Part shown: one piece after another, positions 11,644-20,526 of the stretch
Layout of the letters: the number at the start of each line of letters is the position of its first letter
How positions within the stretch are numbered: position 1 is the stretch's first letter
Virus record (IMG/VR): IMGVR_UViG_3300030108_004141
Coordinates: 1 to 64,000 of that record
Source: a virus
Reading direction: 5' to 3' (one strand)
Length of the DNA: 64,000 bases
Position numbers and translations under genes: made by a program
The notes under the pieces: model-generated
The model's database searches: none
What the model saw: the letters and a program-made list of their open reading frames with translations, nothing else
What the model was told of the DNA's origin: nothing

Positions 11644-11823
11644 ATGGAAAAAGAACATGTTCTTGGTATGATTAACGTGATTGATGTGTGTGCTAAACGA
11701 GGTGCGTTCGAAGGTTCGGAACTCGGTAGGATTGCAACTTTACGTGCTGTGCTCGTAGCAGAAGCTGAGCCGCCTGAAGAAAAAGATCAGCCGCAAGCCC
11801 AACCAACAGCCAACGAATTATAA
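11644..11823 (+). CDS. small hypothetical protein (59 aa; not in the ORF track)
   Basis: AAGGA RBS; MEKEHVLGMINVIDVCAKRGAFEGSELG...NEL*. Confidence 0.75.
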   Translation: MEKEHVLGMINVIDVCAKRGAFEGSELGRIATLRAVLVAEAEPPEEKDQPQAQPTANEL

Positions 11824-11826
11824 ATA
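11819..11826 (+). promoter_or_regulatory. late promoter TATAAATA
   Basis: Exact consensus upstream of the prohead core genes. Confidence 0.8.
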
Positions 11827-11857
11827 ATCGTGAATTTTAGATAACAGGAGATATTTT

Positions 11858-12076
11858 ATGAGCGATATTGAACAAGCGATCGCGGCTGCTAGAGATAGTA
11901 ATGCTGCCGACTTTCAGTCAAGTATACAGTCCGCTCTCATGGATCGTCTAGGTGACGCAATCGATGCGAGAAAGACGCAGGTTGCTGCTTCATATCTCCA
12001 GCCTGAAGAAGAACCTGAAGAACTCGAGGTCGAAGTAGACGAACCAGAAGCAGAGGAACCTGAGCCTGATGTCTAA
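11858..12076 (+). CDS. prohead core protein, gp67-like
   Basis: Small, acidic C-terminus; lies between portal and protease. Confidence 0.7.
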   Translation: MSDIEQAIAAARDSNAADFQSSIQSALMDRLGDAIDARKTQVAASYLQPEEEPEELEVEVDEPEAEEPEPDV

Positions 12077-12695
12077 ATCTTTTTCGCAGCTTGTAGAGCA
12101 GCTCAACAAACGCTCAAAATTAGAGGAACGTCGGTCAGAGGCTGACGATCCATACTCATATGACCCAAAGGATGATGAGACTAAATCTCTTGAGCCACGC
12201 GCGAAAGGCGAGCGCGACTTCAAAGGCAAACACAAAGTTGAAAAGAAAAAGCATCCTGTTGCTGGTGACGATGTATTTCAGGGAGCTACTAAACCTGGGG
12301 GACCGCATAAGGGTTACGAAAAGGCAGGTGAACCTGTAATCAAGCAAGGTTCTAGTGATGTCAAAGTGAATCACGACGGTTCTAAAAATCCTGATAAGAG
12401 CAAAGCTATACCTAAAAGATTTGGTGATCTTCGGGTAGTAAATCCTGTCAAGGAAAGTGTTGAGCTAGAAGAAACTGCGTTTCAAGATATTCAAAAGATA
12501 GCCAAAAGCAAGCGCGAAGGGCGTGTTCGCTTTTCCAATGGTCGTTTCGAATCTGTCGATCCTGATACGGCTAAAGCTCTCGTTTCGGCTCATGGCAAAC
12601 TGAACTCTGGTAATAAACAAAAATTTGAGCAAACCGTCAACAAAGATTTCACAGGAATGATGAAGATGGTTGACTTCGCCATGGGAAACAAATAG
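12069..12695 (+). CDS. prohead core / internal head protein (gp68 position)
   Basis: Synteny; N-terminal MSKSFSQLVE resembles a capsid-targeting leader; internal VKESVELEE. Confidence 0.55.
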   Translation: MSKSFSQLVEQLNKRSKLEERRSEADDPYSYDPKDDETKSLEPRAKGERDFKGKHKVEKKKHPVAGDDVFQGATKPGGPHKGYEKAGEPVIKQGSSDVKVNHDGSKNPDKSKAIPKRFGDLRVVNPVKESVELEETAFQDIQKIAKSKREGRVRFSNGRFESVDPDTAKALVSAHGKLNSGNKQKFEQTVNKDFTGMMKMVDFAMGNK

Positions 12696-12705
12696 GAGTT
12701 CATAG

Positions 12706-12990
12706 ATGCGCGTTAGACCCATATCGAACACAGTTCAACTTAATTCAGCGAAAAATGTTTTCCTAGCAACTTCTGTGTTAGTGGTTAACACAGGTTCCAC
12801 AGATAGAACCTTAACCATAGCAAATACAGCCTCTATCATAAATGGTGGTGGTGATTATGGTGGCGCGAGTCAGGCTCAAGTGTTCCTCAATGCAGGTGAA
12901 ATGATCATAATCGAAAAACAACCAACAGATACAATCAATGCAGGTAACACAGATACAGTTGGCACGAAAGTTGCGAAGGGGAGCGGATAA
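12706..12990 (+). CDS. hypothetical protein in head operon
   Basis: 94 aa, AGGAG RBS, abuts gp21. Confidence 0.7.
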   Translation: MRVRPISNTVQLNSAKNVFLATSVLVVNTGSTDRTLTIANTASIINGGGDYGGASQAQVFLNAGEMIIIEKQPTDTINAGNTDTVGTKVAKGSG

Positions 12991-13647
12991 ATGAAACTGA
13001 TCTGCGAAGTCAACGAAGATATTCAATGCCTAGTTGAAGACGATCTTAATGAAGAAGGAAAGAAAAATTACTTCATTGAAGGCGTTTTCATGCAAGGTAA
13101 TATCAAGAACAAAAACGGTCGAGTCTATCCCGTTGATGTTCTGAAGAAAGAAGTCGACCGTTATAATAAACAATATATTGCGGAGAACCGTGCTTATGGT
13201 GAGCTCGGTCATCCTCAAGGTCCAACGATCAACCTCGAACGTGTTTCACACATGATTAAAGAGTTGCGCCAAGACGGCGATAACTTCAGAGGAAAAGCTA
13301 AGATTATGGACACGCCATATGGCAATATTGTAAAAAATCTCATGAACGAAGGCGCAAAACTTGGTGTTTCCTCTCGAGGTATGGGAACGCTCGCTAAGAA
13401 AGGTGACTCGATGGAGGTTGGTAAAGACTTTCATCTCGCAACCGCTGGCGATATCGTTGCTGATCCCTCCGCACCACAGGCGTTCGTTGAAGGTATTATG
13501 GAAGGCAAAGAATGGGTTTGGGATAATGGCATCCTTCATGAGGTTGACATTGCTTCAGCCAAACAACAAATCGAAGAAGCTGCTTCAACGAGACGCACTG
13601 AGGCTGAGGTTCTTAAGGTTTGGGAAAAATTAGTGAGGGGTCTATAG
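12991..13647 (+). CDS. gp21: prohead protease gp21
   Basis: NKNGRVYP, GELGHP, LGVSSRGMG, DIVADPSAP. Confidence 0.97.
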   Translation: MKLICEVNEDIQCLVEDDLNEEGKKNYFIEGVFMQGNIKNKNGRVYPVDVLKKEVDRYNKQYIAENRAYGELGHPQGPTINLERVSHMIKELRQDGDNFRGKAKIMDTPYGNIVKNLMNEGAKLGVSSRGMGTLAKKGDSMEVGKDFHLATAGDIVADPSAPQAFVEGIMEGKEWVWDNGILHEVDIASAKQQIEEAASTRRTEAEVLKVWEKLVRGL

Positions 13648-13656
13648 ATCCATTTT

Positions 13657-13664
13657 TATAAATA
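13657..13664 (+). promoter_or_regulatory. late promoter TATAAATA
   Basis: Exact consensus upstream of gp22. Confidence 0.85.
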
Positions 13665-13706
13665 AGACGTCAAGAAATTTCAATGAGGAAATTAGGAGAT
13701 AGAAAT

Positions 13707-14840
13707 ATGTCTGAAGAACTAGAAAAAATCGTCGAGGACGAAGTGCTCGAAGATGCTCAAGATGAGAGCATTGATGAAGCAAAGAAAGCGTCCATGGGCG
13801 ATCCCTCCGAGGTTCCTGAGCCAACAGCAGCAACTGCGAAAGCTCCAGGGAAATCGAAAAATCAGGGAGATAAAGCTCCTCCGGCTCAAGGCTCCTCAGT
13901 AAAACCTGCAACTAAGATGGCTATGCTTAACGCTGCCATGGCACATATGGGTCAAATGAAAAAAGCTGACCTACAAGCCATGATGGGAAAGATGGGCATG
14001 TACGGTACTGAGGGCATGCACAAAGAGGGTATGCATAAAGATAAGATGAAAAAAGAGGGCATGCATAAAGAAGAAGTCGTGCTCGAAAAAGTAACTCGCG
14101 AAGATTTTGATATCACTGATGATGTCGCAGCAATTTTCGCTGGTTCCGAAGTTTCAGAAGAGTTCGTAGCAAAAGCAACCGAAATTTTCGAAACAGCTGT
14201 TGTTGCTAAAGTCAACGATAAGCTCGCCGAAGTTGCTGAGGTTGCTGAGTCAGAACTTGCTGAGTCTACTGAAGTATTCAATAAAGAACTTGTTGATAAA
14301 GTCGATAGCTATCTCGATTATGTTGTTGAGTCTTGGATGGAAGAAAACAAACTTGCTGTAGACATCGGTTTGCGTGGCGAAATTGCTGAGTCTTTCATCG
14401 GCGGTCTTAAAAACTTGTTTGAGGATCACTACATTGATATCCCCGAAGAGAAGGCTGATGTAGTTGAGGAGCTCGCTAACAAAGTTGAAGAGCTCGAGGC
14501 AAAACTCAACGAGTCGATTGAAGAAACGATTGAACTCAAAAAGAAAAATGAAGAGTTCGAGCGTGCTGTAGTTTTTGCTGAAGAAATCGATGGTTTGACC
14601 GAAACTCAAATCGCTAAGATGGAATCTCTATCTGAGGCAGTCGATTTTGAAAGCGAAGAAGATTTCCGTGAAAAACTTCAAACGATCCGCGAAAATTATT
14701 TCGATGGTCCGAAAGAGGTAATCACCGAAACGGCTGGTTTTGATGACGAGCCAATTGAAATTGATGATGAGGAACCTGCGACCCCCAAGGGTGCCATGGG
14801 TGCCTATGTCGCAAGCATTTCACGACAAGTTAAGAAATAG
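13707..14840 (+). CDS. gp22: prohead scaffold gp22
   Basis: KVDSYLDYVVESWMEEN, FIGGLKNLFEDHYIDIPEEK; start chosen after AGGAG. Confidence 0.93.
   Translation: MSEELEKIVEDEVLEDAQDESIDEAKKASMGDPSEVPEPTAATAKAPGKSKNQGDKAPPAQGSSVKPATKMAMLNAAMAHMGQMKKADLQAMMGKMGMYGTEGMHKEGMHKDKMKKEGMHKEEVVLEKVTREDFDITDDVAAIFAGSEVSEEFVAKATEIFETAVVAKVNDKLAEVAEVAESELAESTEVFNKELVDKVDSYLDYVVESWMEENKLAVDIGLRGEIAESFIGGLKNLFEDHYIDIPEEKADVVEELANKVEELEAKLNESIEETIELKKKNEEFERAVVFAEEIDGLTETQIAKMESLSEAVDFESEEDFREKLQTIRENYFDGPKEVITETAGFDDEPIEIDDEEPATPKGAMGAYVASISRQVKK
14010..14069 (+). repeat. 15-nt in-frame tandem repeat (EGMHK x3)
   Basis: GAGGGYATGCAYAAA units with one divergent unit. Confidence 0.8.
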
Positions 14841-14845
14841 CATTT

Positions 14846-14853
14846 TATAAATA
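14846..14853 (+). promoter_or_regulatory. late promoter TATAAATA
   Basis: Exact consensus upstream of gp23. Confidence 0.85.
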
Positions 14854-14890
14854 TTGTTTGAAATAATCTCGAAAGGAGAAGGAGAGTAAA

Positions 14891-16279
14891 ATGTCTGATA
14901 ACCTAATGGAAAAGTGGGGTCCCGTTCTTGATCATCCAGATCTAGATAAGATCGGTGACTCTCACAAACGCCACGTTGTCGCACAGCTTTTGGAAAACCA
15001 GGAGCAATCGGCTCGTGAACAGGGCGTTGGCTCTGGTGGATATAACGCTCCGTCACTACTGGGCGAGGCTGCACCTACGAACGCGATGGGTGCTTCTTCC
15101 TCGACCGCGTCTGACGGTGCTGTTGATATCTTCGACCCAGTGCTAATCAGCCTCGTTCGTCGTTCCATGCCTAACCTGATCGCCTATGACGTATGCGGCG
15201 TTCAGCCTATGACTGGTCCGACTGGTCTAATCTTTGCGCTTCGTTCACGCTTCAGCAGCCAGTCTGGCACCGAAGCTCTGTTCGACGAAGCCAATACCAC
15301 GTTCTCGCGTTCTGCTGTTGCTAACACAGCTTCTCAGCTCGTTGTTGCTAACGCAACTGGTGGTAAAACTCAAACCAGCAATGATCCTACGACTCGTGCT
15401 GCTGACTCAGCTGTCACTGGTTATAGCGTATCAACTGGTGTTTCAACTGCGGATATGGAAGCTCGTGGCGATGGTGCTACGAATGCTTTCCAAGAAATGG
15501 CATTCAGTGTCGAGAAAGTTGCTGTCACGGCAGTATCTCGTGCTCTGAAAGCTGAGTACACGATGGAATTGGCTCAAGATCTTAAGGCAGTTCATGGTCT
15601 TGACGCCGAAACTGAGCTCAGCAATATTCTTTCTGCTGAGATCCTTGCGGAAATCAATCGCGAAGTCATTCGTACGATTAACTATTCTGCAACTCCTGGT
15701 GCTCAGGAAAATGTCACTTCCGCTGGTACTTTCAACCTTGACACCGACTCTAACGGTCGTTGGATGGTTGAGAAGTTCAAAGGTCTGTTGTTCCAGATCG
15801 AACGCGACGCCAACGAAATTGCGAAGGCAACTCGTCGGGGTAAAGCTAACGTCATGATCTGCGATTCGGATGTAGCATCCGCGTTGTCGATGGCTGGCGT
15901 GCTTGACTACAGCCCTGCGATGTCGACGAACCTCAATGTAGACGACACGGGTAACACCTTCGCTGGTGTTCTCAATGGTCGGATCCGCGTTTACATCGAT
16001 CCGTACTTCAGCTCCAATGCTGGCAACCGCTACTTCACGGTTGGCTACAAAGGTGCGAGTGCTTTCGATGCGGGTCTGTTCTATTGCCCATACGTGCCTC
16101 TGCAAATGGTCCGCGCCATCGGCGAAGATACCTTCCAGCCAAAAATTGGCTTCAAAACTCGATACGGAATGGTCGCGAATCCGTTCGCTACGACCGATGC
16201 CGATGGAGTTATTGGTGGCTTCGACGGAAACAAAGCTAACAAATACTATCGTTTGGCTGCTGTTTCAAACCTTATGTAA
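14891..16279 (+). CDS. gp23: major capsid protein gp23
   Basis: CGVQPMTGPTGLIFA, RALKAEYTMELAQDLKAVHGLDAE, FQPKIGFKTRYG. Confidence 0.98.
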   Translation: MSDNLMEKWGPVLDHPDLDKIGDSHKRHVVAQLLENQEQSAREQGVGSGGYNAPSLLGEAAPTNAMGASSSTASDGAVDIFDPVLISLVRRSMPNLIAYDVCGVQPMTGPTGLIFALRSRFSSQSGTEALFDEANTTFSRSAVANTASQLVVANATGGKTQTSNDPTTRAADSAVTGYSVSTGVSTADMEARGDGATNAFQEMAFSVEKVAVTAVSRALKAEYTMELAQDLKAVHGLDAETELSNILSAEILAEINREVIRTINYSATPGAQENVTSAGTFNLDTDSNGRWMVEKFKGLLFQIERDANEIAKATRRGKANVMICDSDVASALSMAGVLDYSPAMSTNLNVDDTGNTFAGVLNGRIRVYIDPYFSSNAGNRYFTVGYKGASAFDAGLFYCPYVPLQMVRAIGEDTFQPKIGFKTRYGMVANPFATTDADGVIGGFDGNKANKYYRLAAVSNLM

Positions 16280-16305
16280 TAATAACCATAAGGCGAGCAA
16301 AAACT

Positions 16306-16337
16306 GGGGAGGGCGAAAGGCTCTCCCCTTTTTTTTT
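16306..16337 (+). terminator. rho-independent terminator
   Basis: GGGGAGGGC-gaaag-GCTCTCCCC followed by T9. Confidence 0.92.
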
Positions 16338-16341
16338 AAAT

Positions 16342-16374
16342 TCCATTTACAATTAACGGTTGTGACGCTATTAT
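16342..16374 (+). promoter_or_regulatory. sigma70-type promoter, TCCM family
   Basis: TCCA TTTACA-N17-TATTAT. Confidence 0.6.
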
Positions 16375-16403
16375 GAGTAATGTCACGAGGGGTCATAATA
16401 TAT

Positions 16404-16411
16404 TATAAATA
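16404..16411 (+). promoter_or_regulatory. late promoter TATAAATA
   Basis: Exact consensus upstream of gp3. Confidence 0.8.
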
Positions 16412-16433
16412 GAGTACACGACAGGATAGACAT

Positions 16434-16991
16434 ATGAGTACTCAAGAACAACCAGATAATCTAAATTATCTTTCGCCACTCGGCTTTCGTTTTCAATTAA
16501 AGCGACTTCCGAATGTAAATTATTTTACACAATCTGTTACTCTACCGACTCTCACACTTAATCCTATAGAGCAGCAAACTTCTCCGTTCGGTATCATACC
16601 CAGACCTGGGGATAGATTACAATATGATCCATTTACACTCAGGTTCCGAGTCGATGAAGACTTAACTAATTATATTGAAATCGAAGACTGGCTGGTGGGC
16701 TTGGGTCATCCTGAAAGTTTTGAGCAAACGAAAGAGTTCGCTGAGTCTAATCCTTCACCCTTCGTAACTAAAGCACGAGGAGGTGGTGCAGCACAAGCAT
16801 CTAACTATGTTTCTGACGCTACTCTTACTGTGTTGACTAGTCATAAAAATCCCCATATAAATATATTTTTCCAGGATGTGTTTCCTATATCGCTAACAGA
16901 GTTGACGTTCGATGTGACTCAACCTGATTTAGAATATCTTGAGGCATCTGTAACATTTAGATATAGGAAGTTCAAAACAGAAAGGATATAG
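16434..16991 (+). CDS. gp3: tail completion / tube terminator gp3
   Basis: NYLSPLGFRF, FRVDEDLTNYIEI, FPISL; usual position after gp23 in marine T4-likes. Confidence 0.88.
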   Translation: MSTQEQPDNLNYLSPLGFRFQLKRLPNVNYFTQSVTLPTLTLNPIEQQTSPFGIIPRPGDRLQYDPFTLRFRVDEDLTNYIEIEDWLVGLGHPESFEQTKEFAESNPSPFVTKARGGGAAQASNYVSDATLTVLTSHKNPHINIFFQDVFPISLTELTFDVTQPDLEYLEASVTFRYRKFKTERI

Positions 16992-16992
16992 T

Positions 16993-17670
16993 ATGTTTCC
17001 TGATGATCTTATTATTGAACGTGTGAATGAATCGAAACCTTGGTTTGAAAAGAACTGCTTCAACCCCGATGAAATATTCACTATGGATGAGTTCAAAAAT
17101 CACATCAACTTTCGCCCTAACCTGAGACAAGAACGAATTAACTGGATAGGTGATATCGGTGAATTAAGTTGGGGAGGTGAAGAATGGTGTTGCGATCAGA
17201 ACAACTGGCCAATAGGTTTGTTTGATCGATTGTTAGATAAGCATGCTGTTTGTCTCGAGGATAGTTCGCGTATCAACAAAAACATAAATGAAATTTGCAA
17301 AAAGCTCGAGCTCTCCTCAGGCTCACCGACTGATGCGCATATCTTCTTTTCGCGCCAATCAGAAAGTAAAAGTTTCAGTGCTCACTGGGACTGGTCATCT
17401 AATATCATATGCCAGTTCTACGGAACTGCTCATATCAAAGTTTATGCAAATATCCCAGAAAACATAGACAACGAACATAGAACATGGGTAAAACAAGAGG
17501 AAGATTTAGAGCTTGTATATGAACAAGATATGGATCCTGGAGATATAGCATATGTCCCTGATCAAACGTATCACTTCTACAACCCAAAGTCTAAACGACT
17601 GAGCATTAGTTTTCCCATGAATGCCAACTCACAAGATAAACGTCAACAAAGACAATGGATTGAGCCATAG
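16993..17670 (+). CDS. JmjC/cupin-type 2OG-Fe(II) oxygenase
   Basis: SFSAHWD (HxD), QFYG, PGDIAYVP...H. Confidence 0.75.
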   Translation: MFPDDLIIERVNESKPWFEKNCFNPDEIFTMDEFKNHINFRPNLRQERINWIGDIGELSWGGEEWCCDQNNWPIGLFDRLLDKHAVCLEDSSRINKNINEICKKLELSSGSPTDAHIFFSRQSESKSFSAHWDWSSNIICQFYGTAHIKVYANIPENIDNEHRTWVKQEEDLELVYEQDMDPGDIAYVPDQTYHFYNPKSKRLSISFPMNANSQDKRQQRQWIEP

Positions 17671-17703
17671 TCCATTTACAATCGTTGAGTTTTAATATAG
17701 AAT
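17671..17703 (+). promoter_or_regulatory. sigma70-type promoter, TCCM family (leaderless uvsY)
   Basis: TCCA TTTACA-N17-TAGAAT-N6-ATG. Confidence 0.75.
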
Positions 17704-17709
17704 GATCTC

Positions 17710-18144
17710 ATGATTAACATTGATGAAATAGTTGAAAGCTGGCGTGAAGACTCTAAGATTGATGATCTCAATTTAGATAAGGAAAACGTTCGGATACCGT
17801 CACTACACTCTAAGTATGTTGGTATGATGGTTGATGAAAATAAATCTTTGCGCACTTTGATCCGCGACCGCGCTATACTGCGCAGACTGCTGAGATCATA
17901 TTATTTGGGCAAGGCAGACACTGACGATTTAGAAAAACTTGGTCGCGATCAGTTCTATGAAAAAATATTGAAGAATGAACTCAACGAGTATATGGATACA
18001 GATGAGCTGATGATTCGGATCAATGCTAGAATATCAACCCAAGAAGAAAAGATCGATGTTCTAAAAGAAATCATAAGATCGATAAACAGCAGAGGATATC
18101 AACTAAAAAATGCGATTGACTGGCACAGGCTGACGATGGGTTAA
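17710..18144 (+). CDS. uvsY: recombination mediator UvsY
   Basis: DSKID, IPSLHSKY, RGYQLKNAIDW. Confidence 0.92.
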   Translation: MINIDEIVESWREDSKIDDLNLDKENVRIPSLHSKYVGMMVDENKSLRTLIRDRAILRRLLRSYYLGKADTDDLEKLGRDQFYEKILKNELNEYMDTDELMIRINARISTQEEKIDVLKEIIRSINSRGYQLKNAIDWHRLTMG

Positions 18145-19601
18145 TGCTCAAGATCAAGAAGTTAGATGAAGTGTGGGCGTTTGTTGAGTGTGAGCCAGGT
18201 CAGTGTCAAGAAATATCTGACTTACTCACGTTCGAGGTTCCTGGCGCAAAATTTATGCCATCCTATCGTAAAAGATATTGGGACGGCAAGATCCGCTTAT
18301 ATGACGCAAAGAAAAGTCGTATCTACACAGGTCTGCATACAAAGATGCGCGACTTCGCCCTGTCTAACAACTATGACATAGAAGTCGATGAAGCACTCTT
18401 AGATACTGATGAAATATCAATCGCTGAAGCACGTGGCTTTGCTAAAAGTTTACACATGCCGATAGAGCCACGTGATTATCAGCTACAAGCATTTTCTTTT
18501 GCTGTGCGCAATCGCCGTGCTGTTTTAGTTTCGCCGACAGGTAGTGGTAAATCGTTGATCGCTTATCTGATCGCTCGTTGGTATAATCAAAAAACACTTA
18601 TCGTTGTTCCTACTGTTTCTCTCGTCATGCAGATGGCAAAAGATTTTGAAGAGTATGGTTACGATAAAGAAGTACACGGTATCATGGCAGGTGTAGAAAA
18701 AACTTCTGCGACTGATATAACTGTTTCAACATGGCAATCTATTTACGAACAGAAGAAACCATTTTTCAAGAACTACAAGGTTATCATCGGTGATGAAGCA
18801 CACTTGTTCAAAGCGAAGAGTTTAACTTCTATTATGACTAAGATGCCAGATACACCATATCGTTTCGGTATGACTGGCACACTCGATGGTGCTGAGGTGC
18901 ATGAGCTGGTGCTTGAAGGTTTGTTCGGTCCGATAGAAAAAGTTGTAGATACAAGCACTCTCATCGATGATAAGAACTTGGCTGATCTTAAGATCAAGAT
19001 ACTTGTACTGAGTCACCCAAAAGAACTACGCAAAGATGTGCTTGATGGCGATTACCAAAATGAACTTGAGGCAATCGTAACTAGCGATGCGCGGAACAAG
19101 TTTATCAAAAATCTTGCTCTGTCACTTAAAGGTAATACATTGATTCTTTATGCGCTGGTTGAAAAACATGGCAAGCAACTATTTGAAATCATAAATGATG
19201 CGACTGAGCAAAATGTATTTTTTGTTTCGGGTGGTGTAGAAGCGCAAGAGAGAGAACGTGTTCGACAGATAGTGGAGCAATCAAATGACAGCATAATTGT
19301 TGCCTCATACGGAACCTTTTCGACTGGTATAAATATAAGGAACCTTCATAATGTCATTTTTGCGAGTCCTACAAAAAGTAGGATCAGAACGCTACAGTCT
19401 ATCGGAAGAGGTTTGAGAACGAGTGATACGAAATCGTCATGCACTCTATTTGATATTGCGGATGATTTTTCTACTAAGAACAGGAAAAACTATACACTCA
19501 ATCATCTAATGGAACGTGTGAAGATGTATAACTCTGAAGCGTTCCCATATAAGTTGTACAATATAAAACTGAGGACAACAGATGAAACCGTTCTATTTTA
19601 A
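18144..19601 (+). CDS. uvsW: SF2 helicase UvsW
   Basis: WDGKIRLY, SPTGSGKS, DEAH, QSIGRGLR. Confidence 0.96.
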   Translation: MLKIKKLDEVWAFVECEPGQCQEISDLLTFEVPGAKFMPSYRKRYWDGKIRLYDAKKSRIYTGLHTKMRDFALSNNYDIEVDEALLDTDEISIAEARGFAKSLHMPIEPRDYQLQAFSFAVRNRRAVLVSPTGSGKSLIAYLIARWYNQKTLIVVPTVSLVMQMAKDFEEYGYDKEVHGIMAGVEKTSATDITVSTWQSIYEQKKPFFKNYKVIIGDEAHLFKAKSLTSIMTKMPDTPYRFGMTGTLDGAEVHELVLEGLFGPIEKVVDTSTLIDDKNLADLKIKILVLSHPKELRKDVLDGDYQNELEAIVTSDARNKFIKNLALSLKGNTLILYALVEKHGKQLFEIINDATEQNVFFVSGGVEAQERERVRQIVEQSNDSIIVASYGTFSTGINIRNLHNVIFASPTKSRIRTLQSIGRGLRTSDTKSSCTLFDIADDFSTKNRKNYTLNHLMERVKMYNSEAFPYKLYNIKLRTTDETVLF

Positions 19602-19974
19602 ACTTGTTAATGGTGATGAAATAATGGCGAATGTTATCGATGAAGATGAAAACCATTATACTATTGATTATCCATTTAAATTCATAGCCCAGCAACATCC
19701 TGTATCAGGATACGTTACAACGAGTCTCGTTCGTTGGGTTCCTATGCAAAGTTTTATGATTCAACCACTGCGTGTCAAAAAATCTACCATCATCACTGAG
19801 GGAAAACTCGCAGATGATATCACAGATTATTATGCGCATGTTCGATTACAAACTACTCGCGAGATAGAAAGTGATGATGAGCAAATAGTTTTTGAAGATG
19901 AAGAGATGACTGAAGAAGAACTTGATGCTCTTGATGAGCTAACGAATCCGGATGCAAACACAACGGTCCATTAG
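19582..19974 (+). CDS. conserved hypothetical protein (Sm-like N-terminus)
   Basis: FKLVNGDEIMA; sits between uvsW and gp55. Confidence 0.7.
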   Translation: MKPFYFKLVNGDEIMANVIDEDENHYTIDYPFKFIAQQHPVSGYVTTSLVRWVPMQSFMIQPLRVKKSTIITEGKLADDITDYYAHVRLQTTREIESDDEQIVFEDEEMTEEELDALDELTNPDANTTVH

Positions 19975-19983
19975 GAGATCTTT

Positions 19984-20523
19984 ATGGCAAAGAAAAAGAA
20001 ACAGCACTATGTGAACAACGCAGATTTATTTGATGCGATGGTCGAATATAAAAACTCTGTCGCTGAGGCAGAAAAATTAGGAAATAAAAAACCAAGAGTT
20101 CCTATGTTCGTTGGGGAATCTATAATGAAGATCGCCACACATCTTGCGTTTAGACCGAACTTTGCTAATTATACTTTTCGTGAAGAAATGATTTCTGATG
20201 GTATTGAAAACTGTTTGCAGTACATCGATAACTTTGATCCTAACAAGTCTAAAAATCCCTTTGCATATTTCACACAGATTATATACTATGCTTTCATACG
20301 ACGTATACAAAAAGAAAAGAAATATCTGTACACGAAATATGCAGCTATAGAAAAAGCTAATTTTTTAGATGAGACTAGTGCGCTTCACGACTCAGAAAAA
20401 AATTCAGGTGTTAAGTATAACTCTGACATACAATATGGTGAGTGGTCTCAGGAGCAGATGGAACAGTTTATGGCAGACTTTGAAGAAAGTCGCAAGAAGA
20501 AACGGAAGAAGAAGGTTGCTTAA
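19984..20523 (+). CDS. gp55: late sigma factor gp55
   Basis: HYVNNADL, EMISDGIENC, NPFAYFTQIIYYAF. Confidence 0.95.
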   Translation: MAKKKKQHYVNNADLFDAMVEYKNSVAEAEKLGNKKPRVPMFVGESIMKIATHLAFRPNFANYTFREEMISDGIENCLQYIDNFDPNKSKNPFAYFTQIIYYAFIRRIQKEKKYLYTKYAAIEKANFLDETSALHDSEKNSGVKYNSDIQYGEWSQEQMEQFMADFEESRKKKRKKKVA

Positions 20524-20526
20524 AAT

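Noticed and set aside
15443-16105. 220-aa minus-strand ORF antisense to gp23 (also 10231-10872, 36975-37652, 51792-52430)
   Set aside because: Shadow ORFs opposite clearly identified + strand genes; no motifs, and explained by codon bias
16361-16412. GTGAC/GTCAC inverted repeat, GTCAC-GTCAT direct repeat and a 10-codon ORF after the gp23 terminator
   Set aside because: Spacing fits neither CRP nor PhoB sites; the mini-ORF is too short to support
19328-19335. TATAAATA inside uvsW
   Set aside because: Coincides with the conserved GINI helicase codons, so it cannot be distinguished from coding constraint
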